Below, in pieces: positions 1 through 11,724 of a DNA stretch of 64,000 bases. The DNA comes from an uncultured Verrucomicrobiae bacterium. Lineage in GTDB: Bacteria; Verrucomicrobiota; Verrucomicrobiia; Opitutales; JABDGR01. The stretch covers positions 1 to 64,000 of the forward strand of contig CAVXVB010000005.1 in the NCBI GenBank assembly GCA_963765205.1, in the 5' to 3' direction. How positions within the stretch are numbered: the stretch's first letter is position 1; every line of letters begins with the position of its first letter. A model generated the notes under the pieces. It was not told the origin of the DNA and did no database searches. It saw only the letters and a list, made by a program, of their open reading frames with translations. The position numbers and the translations under genes were made by a program.

Positions 1-159
1 AAATAAAACGGGCCGTAGCGGCTTGAAAACATTGAAAACCGCGAAATCGCGGATTTCGCGGCCCAACGATTTCAAGGGGTTGCGAGGGCGAAAACGAAAT
101 GAAAAATTTCGCATGCGAAAGGTTTCGTTTCGCGCGCGAAATCCGCCGACCGCCCGGCC

Positions 160-1331
160 TCAGAGCGTCCGCGCGATAAGAATCTTCATGATCTCGTTGG
201 TCCCGCCGTAAATGCGCTGCACGCGGCTGTCACGGAACATGCGGGCGATCGGATATTCGTTCATGTAGCCGTAGCCGCCGAACAATTGCAGGCACTGATC
301 GACGATCTTGTTCTCGAGATCGGTGATCCAGTATTTGGCCATCGAGCGGTCGCCGCGTCGAGCTTGCCCTCGCAAATGCAGGCCAATCAGGTGGTCGACA
401 AAGACGCGGCCGACCGTCGCCTCGGTCTTGCATTCGGCGAGCTTGAACTGGGTGTTCTGGAAGTCGATCAGCCGCTGGCCGAAGGCCTTGCGCTCCTTGA
501 CATAGTCGATAGTGAGCTGCCAGCGCGCGCTCGATCGTCGCCATGCCGCCGACGGCGATGTTGAGCCGCTCCTGCGGCAATTGCTGCATCAACTGGATGA
601 AGCCCTTGCCTTCGTCCGGCCCGAGCAGGTTGGCGGTCGGAACGCGGACGTCGTTGAAGAACAACTCTGACGTGTCCTGGCGTCCAGTCCGATCTTGTCG
701 AGATTGCGGCCGCGCTGAAAGCCTTCGGCGTCGTCGGTCTCGACGACGATCAGCGAGGTGCCCTTGGCGCCGGCGCGGGGTCGGTCTTGGCGACGACGAT
801 GATCAGATTGGCGGTCTGGCCGTTGGTGATGAAGGTCTTCTGGCCCGAGACGACATAGTGGTTGCCTTCCTGCGCGCGCTGAGTGCGCACGCCCTGCAGG
901 TCGGAGCCGGCGCCGGGTTCGGTCATCGCGATCGCGCCGACCAGTTCGCCGCGTCGCCATCGCGGCAGCCATCTGCGCTTCTGCTCCTCCGAGCCGTAAT
1001 GGAGGATGTAGGGCGCGACGATCGCGTTGTGCAGCGAGGCGCCGAAACCGTCGACGCCTTTACGCGCCCAGTTGCTCCATGAACACGACCTCATGGCGAT
1101 AGTCGCCGCCGGCGCCGCCGTATTCCTCCGGCATCGGCAGACAAAGCAGCCCTGCCTCGCCGGCCTCTGTCCACATCGCGCGCTCGACGACGCCCGTCGT
1201 TGCGCCATTTGGCGACGCGCGATTCGGGCGCGTGGGCGTCGAAGAATTTTCCAACCAAGTCTTCGAATTGCGCGACGATCTCTTCTTCGCGCATGAAATC
1301 GGGGCGCTGAATATCGATGAGGACACGACAT
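160..1331 (-). pseudogene. Acyl-CoA dehydrogenase, multiple frameshifts
   Basis: Pieces in several frames: [62 protein letters not shown]. Confidence 0.85.
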
Positions 1332-1352
1332 TCGTTCTCCTGGCTCCTTCCC

Positions 1353-2232
1353 TCAACCCCGCGCCGCGCGGTCTTTGCGCGTTCTGCGCCTGGATGGCCT
1401 CGCGCGCCGCCTGCCATTCGGCGTCGCCCCATTTGCGCAATTCATAGAAATTGCCGCCGGTGGCGAGCGCCTGCGCGCCGTCCATGGCGATGGTTTCGCC
1501 GCGAAAGCCAGTTGCAGCCGTCGGACAGCAGGAAGGTCGGCGAGGTTCTGCAATTCCTCGATGCGTGCCGACCCGGCCCTGCGGATTGCGTCTCGCGCGT
1601 GCGCGCGCCCGGATCGACGCCGGGGGACAGGCGCTTGCTCATGCCCTCGGTCGGGATTTCGCCGGGCGCGATGGCGTTGAGGCGGATGCCGTAGCGGCCC
1701 CATTCGGTCGCCAGCGACATGGTCATCGCCTGGATCGCCGACTTGCTCATCGCCGAGGGCGACGACGAACGGGCCGCCGTTGCGCGTCCAGGTGACGGTG
1801 ATCGAGACGCACGGAGCCGCGATGGCCGCCCGCGATCCAGCGCTTGCCGACCGCCTGGGTGACATAGAACGTGCCGTGCATCACGATATTGGCGATCGCG
1901 TCGAAGCCGCGCGTCGAAAGGTCCTCGGTGCGCGAGATGAAATTGCCGGCGGCGTTGTTGACGAGGCCGGTCAGCGGGCCGGCGGCGAAAATGTCCTCGA
2001 CCATCGCGTCGACCGCGGCGGCGTCGCGAATGTCGACGCCATAGGCTCGACGACCGCCGCCGTGCGCCTCCATCAGCGCCTCCGCGGTCGCGTCGCAGAC
2101 CGCCTTGCGCCGGCCGCAGATCGCGATCTCGGCGCCGAGGGCGAGGAACCGCTCGGCCATCGCCCGCCGAGGCCCGGTGCCGCCGCCGGTGACGAGGATC
2201 TTCTTGCCCGCGAACAGGCCGTCGCTGAACAT
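1353..2232 (-). pseudogene. SDR oxidoreductase (2,4-dienoyl-CoA reductase-like), frameshifted
   Basis: KILVTGGGTG, LVNNAAGNFIS, SAMSKSA and RLNAIAPG motifs spread over several frames. Confidence 0.8.
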
Positions 2233-2291
2233 GGCTGTTTCCTCCGTTTGTTTCCTGATCCTCGCTCGCAAGTCGGGAGAGGGGCGACATG

Positions 2292-3103
2292 CTAATCCGG
2301 ATCGACGAAACCGCGCCGTCCGGTTTTCGACGCCCGCCCGGATCGCCTCGACCTGGTTGGCCGAGCCGATCAGCGCGCTCTGCTCCTGCGGATTCCGCCA
2401 TCAGGATCTCGCCGGCGTCGGCGTCGTGGATGCGGTTCATCAGGCGCTTGATCGCGCGCACCGCGTCGGGGCTGCGGCCCGCGATCTCCTCGGCCGTGCG
2501 CGAGGGCGGCGGCGAGCGGATCGGCGTGGACCGCGGTCGCGAAGCCGTAGCTCGCGCCTCGGCGCCGGTGAAGATGCGGCCGGTCATGCGTGAGCTCGCG
2601 GATGACGTCGTCGCGCGCGAGTTCGCGCATCAGCGCGAAGCCGGCCATGTCGGGAACGAGGCCCCATTTGACCTCGAGGATCGAAAGCCGCGCGTCGGGC
2701 GCGACATAGCGGATGTCGGCGCCGAGCGCGATCTGGAAGCCGCCGCCGAGCGCGACGCCGTGGATCGCGGCGATCACGGGAACCGGGAATTCGCGCCAGA
2801 CGAACGCAGCCTGCTGCGGCGCGTTGGCGATGCCATGGGTGCGCGCATCAGATCGCGAGACGCCGGCCGCGGCGCGGCCGGCCGCCATCGCCGCGAAGTC
2901 TCCTTGTCGAGCCCGGCGCAGAAGCCGCGCCCCGCGCCCGAGAGCACGACCGCGCGCAGGCCCGGCTCGCGCCGCAGCCGTTCGCCCGCCGCGACGATCG
3001 CCTCGAACATGGCGGGATCGAGCGCATTGAGCTTGTCGGGACGATTCAGCCTGACGTCGGCGACGCCGCCGGAGATCTCGATCGCAACCCGGTCGCCCGC
3101 CAA
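2292..3103 (-). pseudogene. Enoyl-CoA hydratase/crotonase family, frameshifted
   Basis: [47 protein letters not shown]. Confidence 0.85.
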
Positions 3104-3257
3104 GCTCCGCCCCCCTTGTCCGATTTCGGGCCAAAACGGTCGCGGATTTTACCATGGGAGTCAAACGCGCGCGAAGTTGGCATTGCGCCGCGAATATGTC
3201 TTGATGCCGCGGCCGACGGCGGCCGTTGAATCGCCGCGGCCTGGGGAGGGGACGGGC

Positions 3258-3698
3258 GTGCAGGAACTCGATTATGTCATCGTCGGCGCGGGCTCGGCGG
3301 GCTGCGTGCTCGCCAATCGCCTGACCGAACGGCCCGACGCGACCGTGCTCGCGCTCGAGGCGGGCGGGCAGGACAACAGCGTCTTCATGAAGGCGCCGCT
3401 CGCCTGGCGCCAGATCTGGCGCGGGCCGAAATACAACTGGAACTACGCGACCGAGCCCGAAGCCTATTGCGACGGGCGGCGCATCTCGCTGCCGCGCGGA
3501 AAAGTCCTCGGCGGCTCCTCCTCGATCGACGGCATGCTCTATGTCCGCGGCAATCCCCGGGACTACGACCTCTGGCGACAGGCGGGCTGCGAGGGCTGGA
3601 GCTATGCCGGAGACGTCCTGCCCTATTTCAAGCGGGCGGAAGGCTCGTGGCGCGGCGAGGGCGATTTATCACGGCGGCTCGGGCCCGCTCGGCGTCAT
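3258..3698 (+). pseudogene. GMC oxidoreductase N-terminal fragment
   Basis: DYVIVGAGSAGCVLANRL, RGKVLGGSSSI; breaks off after [10 protein letters not shown] at the junction with pgi. Confidence 0.85.
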
Positions 3699-5048
3699 GC
3701 CCGCCTCGACCCCCGGCTGGTGGTAAGCATTGATGCCCACAAGGTTGCCGTAGAAGCCCACCGCCCGCTCGAAAAGCGCGATCACCTGCCCGACCGAGCG
3801 CGCCGAGGTGTCCGCCAACGTCAAGGTGATGGAGGCGCGGCCTTTTTCCGCGAGCGCCGCGCGCGTGCCGAGCAGGAAGCCTTGCAAATAATCGCCCGCC
3901 GTTGTGTCCGGTTCGATGTCCAGCGCGGGGCCGTCGCGGTCCTTGAGCACCTCGATAAAGACGGCGAAAAAATTCGGGACGCCGTCGCGCAATTGCTGCA
4001 CGTAGGCGTGCTGGTCGGTCGAGCCTTTGTTGCCGTAAACGGAAATGCCCTGATGGACGACGCGGCCCTCGAGATCCAGTTCCTTGCCCAGCGATTCCAT
4101 GACGAGTTGCTGCAGGTAGCGCGAGAGCAGCAGCAACCGGTCTTTATAAGGCAGAATGACCATGTCCTTGCGGCCGCGGCCGTCGGTGAGGAAATACCAC
4201 GCGAGGGCGAGCAGGGCGGCGGGATTGTTCTCGAGGGGGCGGGCGCGCGTGAGTTCGTCCATCTCTTTTGCGCCGGTGAGCAGTGCGCGGATGTCCGCGC
4301 CTTGCAACGCGCCCGGCAGCAGGCCGACGGGGCCGAGCTCCGAAGTGCGCCCGCCCACCCAGTCCCACATCGGGAAGCGCGCGAGAAAGCCGTTTTTCTG
4401 CGCGTGTTGGTCCAGGTGGCTGCCCGCGCCGGTGGTGGCGACCGCATGGGCGGCGAACGAGAGACCCGCGCGGGCGTAGGCGGCCGTGGCCTCGACCATG
4501 CCATTGCGCGGCTCGGGCGTGCCGCCGGACTTCGAGGTGACAATCGTGAGCGTGCGGCCCAGTTGTCCGTCGAGTTGTTTGAACACCATATCAATCCCGT
4601 CGGGGTCGGTGTTGTCTATAAAGAATACCTTGAGCTTGTCGGAACCGTGGTGGGCGAGAGCGTGGGCGACGAACTGCGGCCCGAGCGCCGAGCCGCCGAT
4701 GCCGATGCAGAGCAAATTTTGAAACGCGCCGTGCGCGCCCTTGATTTCGCCGCGGTGGATTTTCGCGGCAAAGTCCTCGATGGCTTTAATGGTGGCCTCG
4801 ATCTCGCCGGCGATTTCCGGCGTGGGCGCGAGCTTGGGGTCGCGCAGCCAGTAATGGCCGACCATGCGTTGCTCATCCGGGTTGGCGATCGCGCCGCGCT
4901 CGAGGGCGTCCATCGCGTCGAAGGCCGCGGCCATCGGCGCGCGCATCCGCTGGAAAAAGTCGTCCGGAAAGCCGACGAGGGAAAAGTCCGCGGCAAAGCC
5001 AAGGGACTCGAAAGGCAGGTAGGATTTTTGGAATTGGTCCCAGCTCAT
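3669..5048 (-). CDS. pgi: Glucose-6-phosphate isomerase, C-terminus truncated at ~3699
   Basis: [48 protein letters not shown]. Confidence 0.92.
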   Translation of the reverse strand: MSWDQFQKSYLPFESLGFAADFSLVGFPDDFFQRMRAPMAAAFDAMDALERGAIANPDEQRMVGHYWLRDPKLAPTPEIAGEIEATIKAIEDFAAKIHRGEIKGAHGAFQNLLCIGIGGSALGPQFVAHALAHHGSDKLKVFFIDNTDPDGIDMVFKQLDGQLGRTLTIVTSKSGGTPEPRNGMVEATAAYARAGLSFAAHAVATTGAGSHLDQHAQKNGFLARFPMWDWVGGRTSELGPVGLLPGALQGADIRALLTGAKEMDELTRARPLENNPAALLALAWYFLTDGRGRKDMVILPYKDRLLLLSRYLQQLVMESLGKELDLEGRVVHQGISVYGNKGSTDQHAYVQQLRDGVPNFFAVFIEVLKDRDGPALDIEPDTTAGDYLQGFLLGTRAALAEKGRASITLTLADTSARSVGQVIALFERAVGFYGNLVGINAYHQPGVEAGMTPSGPEPP

Positions 5049-5428
5049 GGCGTGAAAGGTGGTTGGAGGGATGGAGGAATTTGAACCCCAGAGAACACGG
5101 AGAACGCGGAGAAAGACAAGCCAACATTGTGCGGAGGCCCTACTCACCCGGCAGCACACCTTCGCTATTATGGCGCGTAGTCGACGGCGGAAGATTCATT
5201 TAAAGAGCTTCAATGTGCTGTCTAAATCTCAATTTTTACCAGGAGCCGGCCCCGCCCGGATGTAGTCACGGTAAATCCCAGCGACTAGTTGCATGCTTTT
5301 GCGCAACGTATTCTTGGTTGGTTTCCTCTCCTTCAAATAACCTAGACAGTATCCCTCAGGAATATTTTGCGGTCTTCTTCTGTGCCTAATACCCGCAAAT
5401 GGGTGCAAAGATCGCCGGAACTATGCAC

Positions 5429-5457
5429 TTGACAATCCCAATGAACTGTGCTAAAGC
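5429..5457 (+). promoter_or_regulatory. Sigma70-like promoter upstream of IS1595 transposase
   Basis: TTGACA-17 nt-TAAAGC. Confidence 0.45.
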
Positions 5458-6411
5458 GTGGGTATTATGAAAGCCCAACTGAACCCAACGGCAGAAGAAT
5501 TGACCCTTACCACGCTCGCCAAGCGTTTTGACACCGAAGACAAGGCGCGCGCCTACCTAGAGGCAATCCAGTGGCCTGATGGCCCTGTTTGCCCACACTG
5601 TCAATCAAAGGACGTGTATCGCCTGACGCCAAAGGCCACGTCACAATCACCGGGGCGCGAAGGGCTTTGCAAGTGTGCCGATTGCCGCAAGGCGTTCACG
5701 GTGACGGTGGGGACAATTTTCGAGTCGAGCCATATCCCCTTGTCGAAATGGCTCACTGCATGGTATCTCCTTAATGCCAGCAAAAAGGGGGTATCAGCAC
5801 TACAAATCCAACGGATGCTTGGCCTTGGCTCTTACCGCTCTGCGCTGTTTATGATGCACCGAATACGTCATGCGTTGAAAGACCTGACGCCACCGGACAA
5901 GCTAGACGGCACTGTCGAGGTAGATGAAACCTATGTAGGCGGGCGCTGCCACGGTGAACGCGGCCCGCGAGCAGGGGGCAAGGTGCCAGTGTTTACCATG
6001 GTAGAACGCGACGGGAAAGCACGCTCGCGGGTGGTAAATTGCGTGACGGCGAACAATCTTAAACGCATCTTGCATGAGAACGTGGAAACCAGCGCGAGCA
6101 TTATGACGGATGATTATCGCCCGTATCGCAAAGCCACGGTTGAATTTGAATCGCATGACGCGGTGAATCACTCGGCAAAAGAGTATGTCCGGGGCGACGT
6201 TCACACAAACACCGTGGAGGGCTTTTTCAGCATCCTAAAGCGTGGCATCAATGGCACATTCCACAGCGTCAGCAAACAGCATCTTCCGCTCTACCTCGCG
6301 GAGTTCGATCATCGCTATAACACCCGCAAGTTGACCGATGGACAGCGCACAGTGGCGGGTCTTGGTAAAGTGCGGGGCAAGCGGCTGATGTATCGCAAGC
6401 CTGCGGCCTGA
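5458..6411 (+). mobile_element. IS1595-family transposase
   Basis: Zn ribbon CPHC...CADC, VEVDETYVGG, IMTDD, VNHS, HTNTVEGFFS, YLAEFDHRYN; element ends not identified. Confidence 0.92.
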
Positions 6412-6461
6412 AAAAATGGAGTTGAATGACTGCGGGAATAGGGTAGGCTTGGGGCGTGAAC

Positions 6462-6632
6462 ATGACCCGCGCCATCACCAAGAAGGAATATCCGGCACTC
6501 AAAATGCCGTTTGATGACCTTATGCGCCGGGTGCTGAAGGTGAAGCCGGAGAAGAAGGCTCTGCCGAATCGTCAGAAAAAAATGGCGGCTCGTTGTAATT
6601 TGGATAATGTTTCAGTGCCGAAAATTCCTTGA
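6462..6632 (+). CDS. Small basic hypothetical protein (56 aa) downstream of the IS1595 transposase
   Basis: Manual translation MTRAITKKEYPALKMPFDDLMRRVLKVKPEKK... Confidence 0.4.
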   Translation: MTRAITKKEYPALKMPFDDLMRRVLKVKPEKKALPNRQKKMAARCNLDNVSVPKIP

Positions 6633-7356
6633 CTATTTTATGTCCTAATTCCGCGTTGATTTTGCGGTGAGCTTGAATTGCGGATGCCTCTAGGGTGTCT
6701 ATGTCTGGATTATCCTTGTGGGAAATATGTATCCCGCCTTCTTTAATAAAAATCCAGCTTAGTTGACATTTTCCCGAGCAAAATAAGTCGTAGCTCTTGC
6801 ATCCTACAATGACATAAACTGCCAACGCTGAGGCGAGGGCTAAATTTATTTCTCGTAATCTTGGAAAGGCGTTAAGAAAAAAAGCCGCAATGTTTCTGGC
6901 CGAACCAACGGTTGAAAAACTCTTGTTTGTCTCTGGTATGGCAACTGCTATTTCTAGGGTGAGGCGGAAAATGTAAGGCTTATGTTCAAATGCGTAGGCT
7001 AGTAAAATTTCACACGCATTTTTTTTGAGATGTTCCCTGGCTTGTTCTGGCGTGAAGGCAGGATGCTTAAATCCGTCCAAAATTTTAGCCTTGGTTTCTT
7101 TTACCGCCTCTTCTGCCGTATCTGCAATAGTGCGTGAGCTTGTCACGTTTTTGGCTTCGGCTAATCTTGAAAAAACGTCCTGAAATATCAGAGCAGCGTC
7201 AACCTCCCCAGCAAATGCAAAAACAGCTTTTAAGCCGCCGGCAAATTTCGCCTCGTGAATCTTTTGCATTTCCAGCTTCGTTTCCCCGCTAGTCATCTGG
7301 CTATCGCTCGCTAAAACGATGGCATCGGCACAAATGAATCCAATAACGGCGGTCAC
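6520..7356 (-). CDS. Ntn-hydrolase / proteasome beta-subunit-like protein
   Basis: GTG start then TAVIGFICADAIVLASDSQMTS (Thr1, D-S, later K), AFAGEV, STVGSA; low GC. Confidence 0.6.
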   Translation of the reverse strand: MTAVIGFICADAIVLASDSQMTSGETKLEMQKIHEAKFAGGLKAVFAFAGEVDAALIFQDVFSRLAEAKNVTSSRTIADTAEEAVKETKAKILDGFKHPAFTPEQAREHLKKNACEILLAYAFEHKPYIFRLTLEIAVAIPETNKSFSTVGSARNIAAFFLNAFPRLREINLALASALAVYVIVGCKSYDLFCSGKCQLSWIFIKEGGIHISHKDNPDIDTLEASAIQAHRKINAELGHKIVKEFSALKHYPNYNEPPFFSDDSAEPSSPASPSAPGA

Positions 7357-7452
7357 TTTGGGAGCGTTTCGCCTAAGTCTCGCGTAATAATCGTCTGAGT
7401 CGAGGGAATTTTTCATGTTGCAAAGAGGGTTTTTAGATAAGAAAATCAGCAA

Positions 7453-7719
7453 ATGAATGAGATATATTTACGCGCTGAAATCGTTTTCCTAAAAGCACAA
7501 ATGAAGGCTTTGGAAAGCCGGGTTATAGAAACAGTTTTCACAAGTCCAAAATACAACATGATTGCTAGTGAATCACAGCGGGCTAAATTTAAGGAAAATA
7601 TAACGACAGAGCTAAAAGCAGACATAGCCCGTTATATTAACGAGGAAGTTGCTGAAATTCAGAAAAAAGAGCCGCAAGCCGCTGCCGCGATTCTCGCGCA
7701 CATTTCCGGTCGGCAATAA
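7453..7719 (+). CDS. Hypothetical protein (88 aa, low GC)
   Basis: ATG ORF divergent from the Ntn-hydrolase gene. Confidence 0.5.
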   Translation: MNEIYLRAEIVFLKAQMKALESRVIETVFTSPKYNMIASESQRAKFKENITTELKADIARYINEEVAEIQKKEPQAAAAILAHISGRQ

Positions 7720-7758
7720 TTATTTTCAAGAGTCTTTTGCCAGCCCCGGCCATACTTA

Positions 7759-8640
7759 GAGCTTATCCGTAAATAAGGATTGCGTTGAGAAGGCGGCGGG
7801 ATAAACTGCGGGGATGCCGCGACTATCCTCCTGGGAAATCTCTGATGAATTCTGGGCCAAAGTCGAGCCTTTGGTTCCCGCGCGCGCCGGCCGGAAGGCG
7901 GGCGGGCGCTACCGTCGCGCCGCAGGCGCGGGCCGCAAGGCCCTCGCGCCTCGACGCATCTTCGAGGCGGTGGTTTACGTGCTGCGCACGGGTTGCCAGT
8001 GGAAAGCGCTGTCCAAGGCCCGGTATGGCAGCGCCAGTTCCGTGCACAAATACTTTCAGCAGTGGCACGCCGCCGGATTCTTCGAGGCGTTGTGGCGGGC
8101 CGGTCTGGCCGACTACGATGAATTGGAGGGCATCGCGTGGCGGTGGCAAAGCATCGATGGCTCCCTGGTCAAGGCCCCTCTGGCGCGCGAAGCGGTGGGA
8201 GCCAACCCCACCGACCGGGGAAAAAAATGGGAGCAAGCGCAGCGTGCTGGTGGACGCCCGTGGCGTCCCGCTGTCGCTCATCGTCGCCGGGGCCAATGAA
8301 CACGACGTGACGCTGGTGCGCCGCACGTTGCGCCAGCGCCACGACCGGCGCACGGCCCATTTGTGTGCCGACAAGGGTTACTGGGGGAAACCGGGCCTGC
8401 GCACCATGCGCCAATACGGCTACCGTCCGCATGTGCCTGCCCGCGGAGCCAAACCAGCCCCGCGCCGATCCACCGGCCAAGCCCGTCGCTGGGTGGTGGA
8501 ACGCACCGCTTCCTGGCTCAACCGCTACCGCAAACTCCTCGTGCGGTTTGAGAAAACCGCCGCCTCCCACGAAGCCTTGCTCTGTCTCGCCAGCGCGCTT
8601 ATTGTTTACAGACGAACAACTTTTATTTACGGATAAGCTC
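7759..8640 (+). mobile_element. IS5-family IS; transposase in two ORFs (7814-8299 and the frame ending 8636), probable programmed -1 frameshift
   Basis: 18-bp perfect TIR GAGCTTATCCGTAAATAA, TTA duplication at 7756-7758 and 8641-8643, GGGGAAAAAAA slippery site at ~8217; LRTGCQW, ADKGY, RWVVERT. Confidence 0.93.
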
Positions 8641-9006
8641 TTAGGTCAATGTCTTTTGCTGTGAGTTTTTTGAGTTTCATGGTCTTGTTTTATTGGCAAG
8701 GCTCCGCCTGCTCCCCGTTGTGGGGAGGCAAAGGAGCCGGGTTGGAATTTGGGCAAAGCTCCGCCCCGGAACATTCCGGTATTACGTCAACAATTTCCGG
8801 CTTTACTTGGGGCGGGCAATCGCTTGGGATTGCCAAAGGCATAGTTCCGAAGATCGCTGAATTGGTTACCCACGAGCGCGTATCAATTACTTTAGCATCC
8901 CGGCGCACAAATGTGCGGTCATCGCCCCCCCGTTATAATCACCGCCCGAAATTGGAATCGTTTTCTCCTCGCCAAGGGGCGGGGTGGGGGCGAGAATTTG
9001 GGCACT

Positions 9007-9600
9007 ATGTTTATCGCACTTATTGTTCTCGTGGTTTTGGTCGGCGGCGTGTTTTTATACGCCGTCGGGATTTACAACGGGCTGGTGGCGCTGCGCAACC
9101 GGTTCAAGAACGCGTTCGCACAGATTGATGTCCAGCTCAAGCGCCGCTACGACCTGATTCCCAATCTGGTCGAGGTGGCCAAAGGTTACCTCGCGCACGA
9201 GCGTGGGACGCTGGACGAGGTGGTCGCCGCGCGCGGCGCGGCCGTGTCCGCTGGCCAGAAGGCGGCGGCCGACCCGACCGACCCGGCGGCGATGAAGGCC
9301 CTCTCCGGGGCGGAGTCGCAACTGGCGGGCGCGATGAGCCGCCTGATGGTGGTCGTCGAGGCCTACCCGAACCTCAAGGGCAACGAGACGATGATGCAAC
9401 TGACCGAGGAGCTGACCTCGACCGAGAACAAGGTGTCCTTCGCGCGGCAGGCCTACAACGACTCGGTGATGCAATACAACACGACGCGGGAGCAGTTCCC
9501 GGCGGTGATCATCGCGAGCATGGGCGGGTTCCAGGCCGCGGAGCTGTTCGAGATCACCAACGTGCAGGAACGCGACGCGCCGAAAGTGAAGTTCACCTGA
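9007..9600 (+). CDS. lemA: LemA family protein
   Basis: QIDVQLKRRYDLIPNLVE, EAYPNLK, TENKVSFARQAYND. Confidence 0.95.
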   Translation: MFIALIVLVVLVGGVFLYAVGIYNGLVALRNRFKNAFAQIDVQLKRRYDLIPNLVEVAKGYLAHERGTLDEVVAARGAAVSAGQKAAADPTDPAAMKALSGAESQLAGAMSRLMVVVEAYPNLKGNETMMQLTEELTSTENKVSFARQAYNDSVMQYNTTREQFPAVIIASMGGFQAAELFEITNVQERDAPKVKFT

Positions 9601-9692
9601 ATGGAAAATGGAAGATGGAAAATGGAAAAAAAGAAATTCCCCCGCAAAAAGAGGCGGATTTTTCCATCTTCCATTTTCCATCTTCCATTTTT
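9601..9692. repeat. Inverted pair of heptamer tandem repeats (ATGGAAA/ATGGAAG)
   Basis: atggaaaatggaagatggaaaatgg ... ttccatcttccattttccatcttccatttt. Confidence 0.8.
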
Positions 9693-9700
9693 TCCCTCCC

Positions 9701-11617
9701 ATGGATTTCTTCGCGGCCCAGGAGCGCGCCCATGCGCGCACGCGTCTGCTGGTGGTGTATTTCATCCTCGGCGTGGCCGGGCTGGTGATTTGCCTTAACG
9801 TGCTGGCGATGATCGGGGTCGGCGTATCCCGCGCGAACCACGGCGGCGCGCGCCGGGGTTATTACAGTTCCGACTACGGCCAGGGTTCCGACGAAACCCA
9901 AGACACTGGCTTGGGCTGGAACCCGGCGGTGAACGTGTTCGTGACCCTGGGCACGCTGGCGGTCGTCGGCGGGGCGTGCATGTATAAAATTTCCGAGCTG
10001 CGCGCGGGTGGTTCGGCGGTCGCGCTGAGCCTGGGCGCGCGGCTGGTCTCGCCGCAAACGACCGACCTCGCCGAAAAGCGGCTGCGCAACATCGTCGAGG
10101 AAATGGCGCTGGCCTCGGGAGTGCCCGTGCCGGATATTTATGTGATGGAGGAGGACGGCATCAACGCCTTTGCGGCGGGCTTCCGCCCGGAGGACGCCTG
10201 CGTGACCGTCACGCGCGGCGCGTTGAACAACCTCAACCGCGAGGAACTGCAAGGCGTCATCGCGCACGAGTTCAGCCACATTCTCAACGGCGACATGAAG
10301 CTGAACATCGAGCTGGTGGGCGCGGTCTTCGGGCTGCTGGTGCTGTCCATCATCGGTCGGCAGATTGTGTTTTCGATGCGCGGCGGCGGGCGGCGCAACG
10401 GCCAGGGCCAGGCGGCCATATTCGCGGCGGGGTTGGCGCTCATTGTATTGGGTTCGCTGGGCGTTTTATTTGGCCGGCTCATCCAGGCGGCGGTGGCCCG
10501 CCAGCGCGAGCGCCTGGCCGACGCCTCGGGCGTGCAGTTCACGCGCAATCCCGAGGGCCTGGCCAACGCGTTGAAAAAAATCGGCGGCCTCGCGGCCGGC
10601 TCCGAGATTGAGCACGCGCACGTGCAGGAGACCGCGCACATGTTTTTCGCGCCGGCGCTTAATAGTATGTTCGCCACGCATCCGCCGCTGGAGGAGCGCA
10701 TCCGCGAGCTCGAACCGCAGTGGGACGGCCGCTTTATCGTTCCACGTCCGATGGCGGATCACGCAGACGAACTCCAAAATCAGCCGCCGCCAACGCTCTC
10801 CTCCATCCTGCCGCCGCCCTTGCGCAACGCTGCCGGGTTGCTGGCGCCCGCGAGCGTCATCGCCGCGGTATCGCTGGCCAATGTGCAGGCCTGGCGCGCC
10901 AATCTGCCCGCGTCCCTCGCCGCCGCGCTGGCGGACGCGGGCGGCTGCCGCGCGCTCGTTTTGGCGTTAGCGTTGGACGAAAATACTCCGAAGCGCGAAG
11001 CCCAGTTGGAAAAATTGCGGCAAACCGGCGAGCCGGTCGCGGCGGCCTGCGCGGCGCTGGCGGTGGACGTTGCAGCGGTGCCGCCCGGACAGCAATTGCC
11101 GCTGCTCGAGCTGGCGCTCGGCAGCCTTGCCAGTCTTTCACCGGAGGAAAAAAACTCGCTGCTGGCGCGCCTGCGCGACTTGACCGGCTTTGACCGCGGA
11201 CCGACGCTGCACCAATTTGCGCTCTGGCGCGTGGCCGAATACCGGCTCAAACCCCGTCCGCCGCGCGAGGGCCCGGCCGCGCCGGAAAATTATCGCAACG
11301 ACGTTTCCGTGGTGCTGTCCGCGCTCGCGGATTTATCCACCAAGGACGACGCCGCAGCGCAGCCGGTGTTTGCCCAGGGTCTGGCGGCGCTGCCGACGGA
11401 ACTGTCCGGCCTCACCTTGACGCCGCGCGCGCAGGCGACGCTCGACCGCGTGGAGATGGCCTGCCTGCGGCTGGAAGGCGCGCCGTTCGCGCTGAAAAAA
11501 CAGTTGCTGCACGCCGGCGCGCTCATCGCCCAGGCCGACGGCGTCGTCGAGCCGGCCGAAGCGGAATTGTTACGCGCTCTCGCCGCGTCGCTCGGCTGCG
11601 CGCTGCCGCCGGGGTGA
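9701..11617 (+). CDS. M48 (HtpX-like) zinc metalloprotease with C-terminal extension
   Basis: INAFAAG, ELQGVIAHEFSHILNGD, RERLADA, FATHPPLEERI. Confidence 0.9.
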   Translation: MDFFAAQERAHARTRLLVVYFILGVAGLVICLNVLAMIGVGVSRANHGGARRGYYSSDYGQGSDETQDTGLGWNPAVNVFVTLGTLAVVGGACMYKISELRAGGSAVALSLGARLVSPQTTDLAEKRLRNIVEEMALASGVPVPDIYVMEEDGINAFAAGFRPEDACVTVTRGALNNLNREELQGVIAHEFSHILNGDMKLNIELVGAVFGLLVLSIIGRQIVFSMRGGGRRNGQGQAAIFAAGLALIVLGSLGVLFGRLIQAAVARQRERLADASGVQFTRNPEGLANALKKIGGLAAGSEIEHAHVQETAHMFFAPALNSMFATHPPLEERIRELEPQWDGRFIVPRPMADHADELQNQPPPTLSSILPPPLRNAAGLLAPASVIAAVSLANVQAWRANLPASLAAALADAGGCRALVLALALDENTPKREAQLEKLRQTGEPVAAACAALAVDVAAVPPGQQLPLLELALGSLASLSPEEKNSLLARLRDLTGFDRGPTLHQFALWRVAEYRLKPRPPREGPAAPENYRNDVSVVLSALADLSTKDDAAAQPVFAQGLAALPTELSGLTLTPRAQATLDRVEMACLRLEGAPFALKKQLLHAGALIAQADGVVEPAEAELLRALAASLGCALPPG

Positions 11618-11621
11618 GAAA

Positions 11622-11718
11622 AGAAGTTAGAATCTAGAAGTTAGAAGTCAGAATCAAAAGATCGTCGAGGGTCGTTCTTAACTTCTAACTTCTAGCTCCT
11701 AACCTCCAGCTTCTACTT
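11622..11718. repeat. Inverted pair of degenerate heptamer repeats (TAGAAGT)
   Basis: agaagttagaatctagaagttagaag ... aacttctaacttctagctcctaacctcc, between convergent genes. Confidence 0.7.
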
Positions 11719-11724
11719 GCTTTC

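Noticed and set aside
2289..5084. 931-aa plus-strand ORF
   Set aside because: Composite of antisense crotonase, the GMC N-terminus and antisense pgi across a likely chimeric junction.
5170..8950. Terminal inverted repeats of the IS1595 element
   Set aside because: Candidate ends near 5185/5257 and 8900/8945 match too weakly to call.
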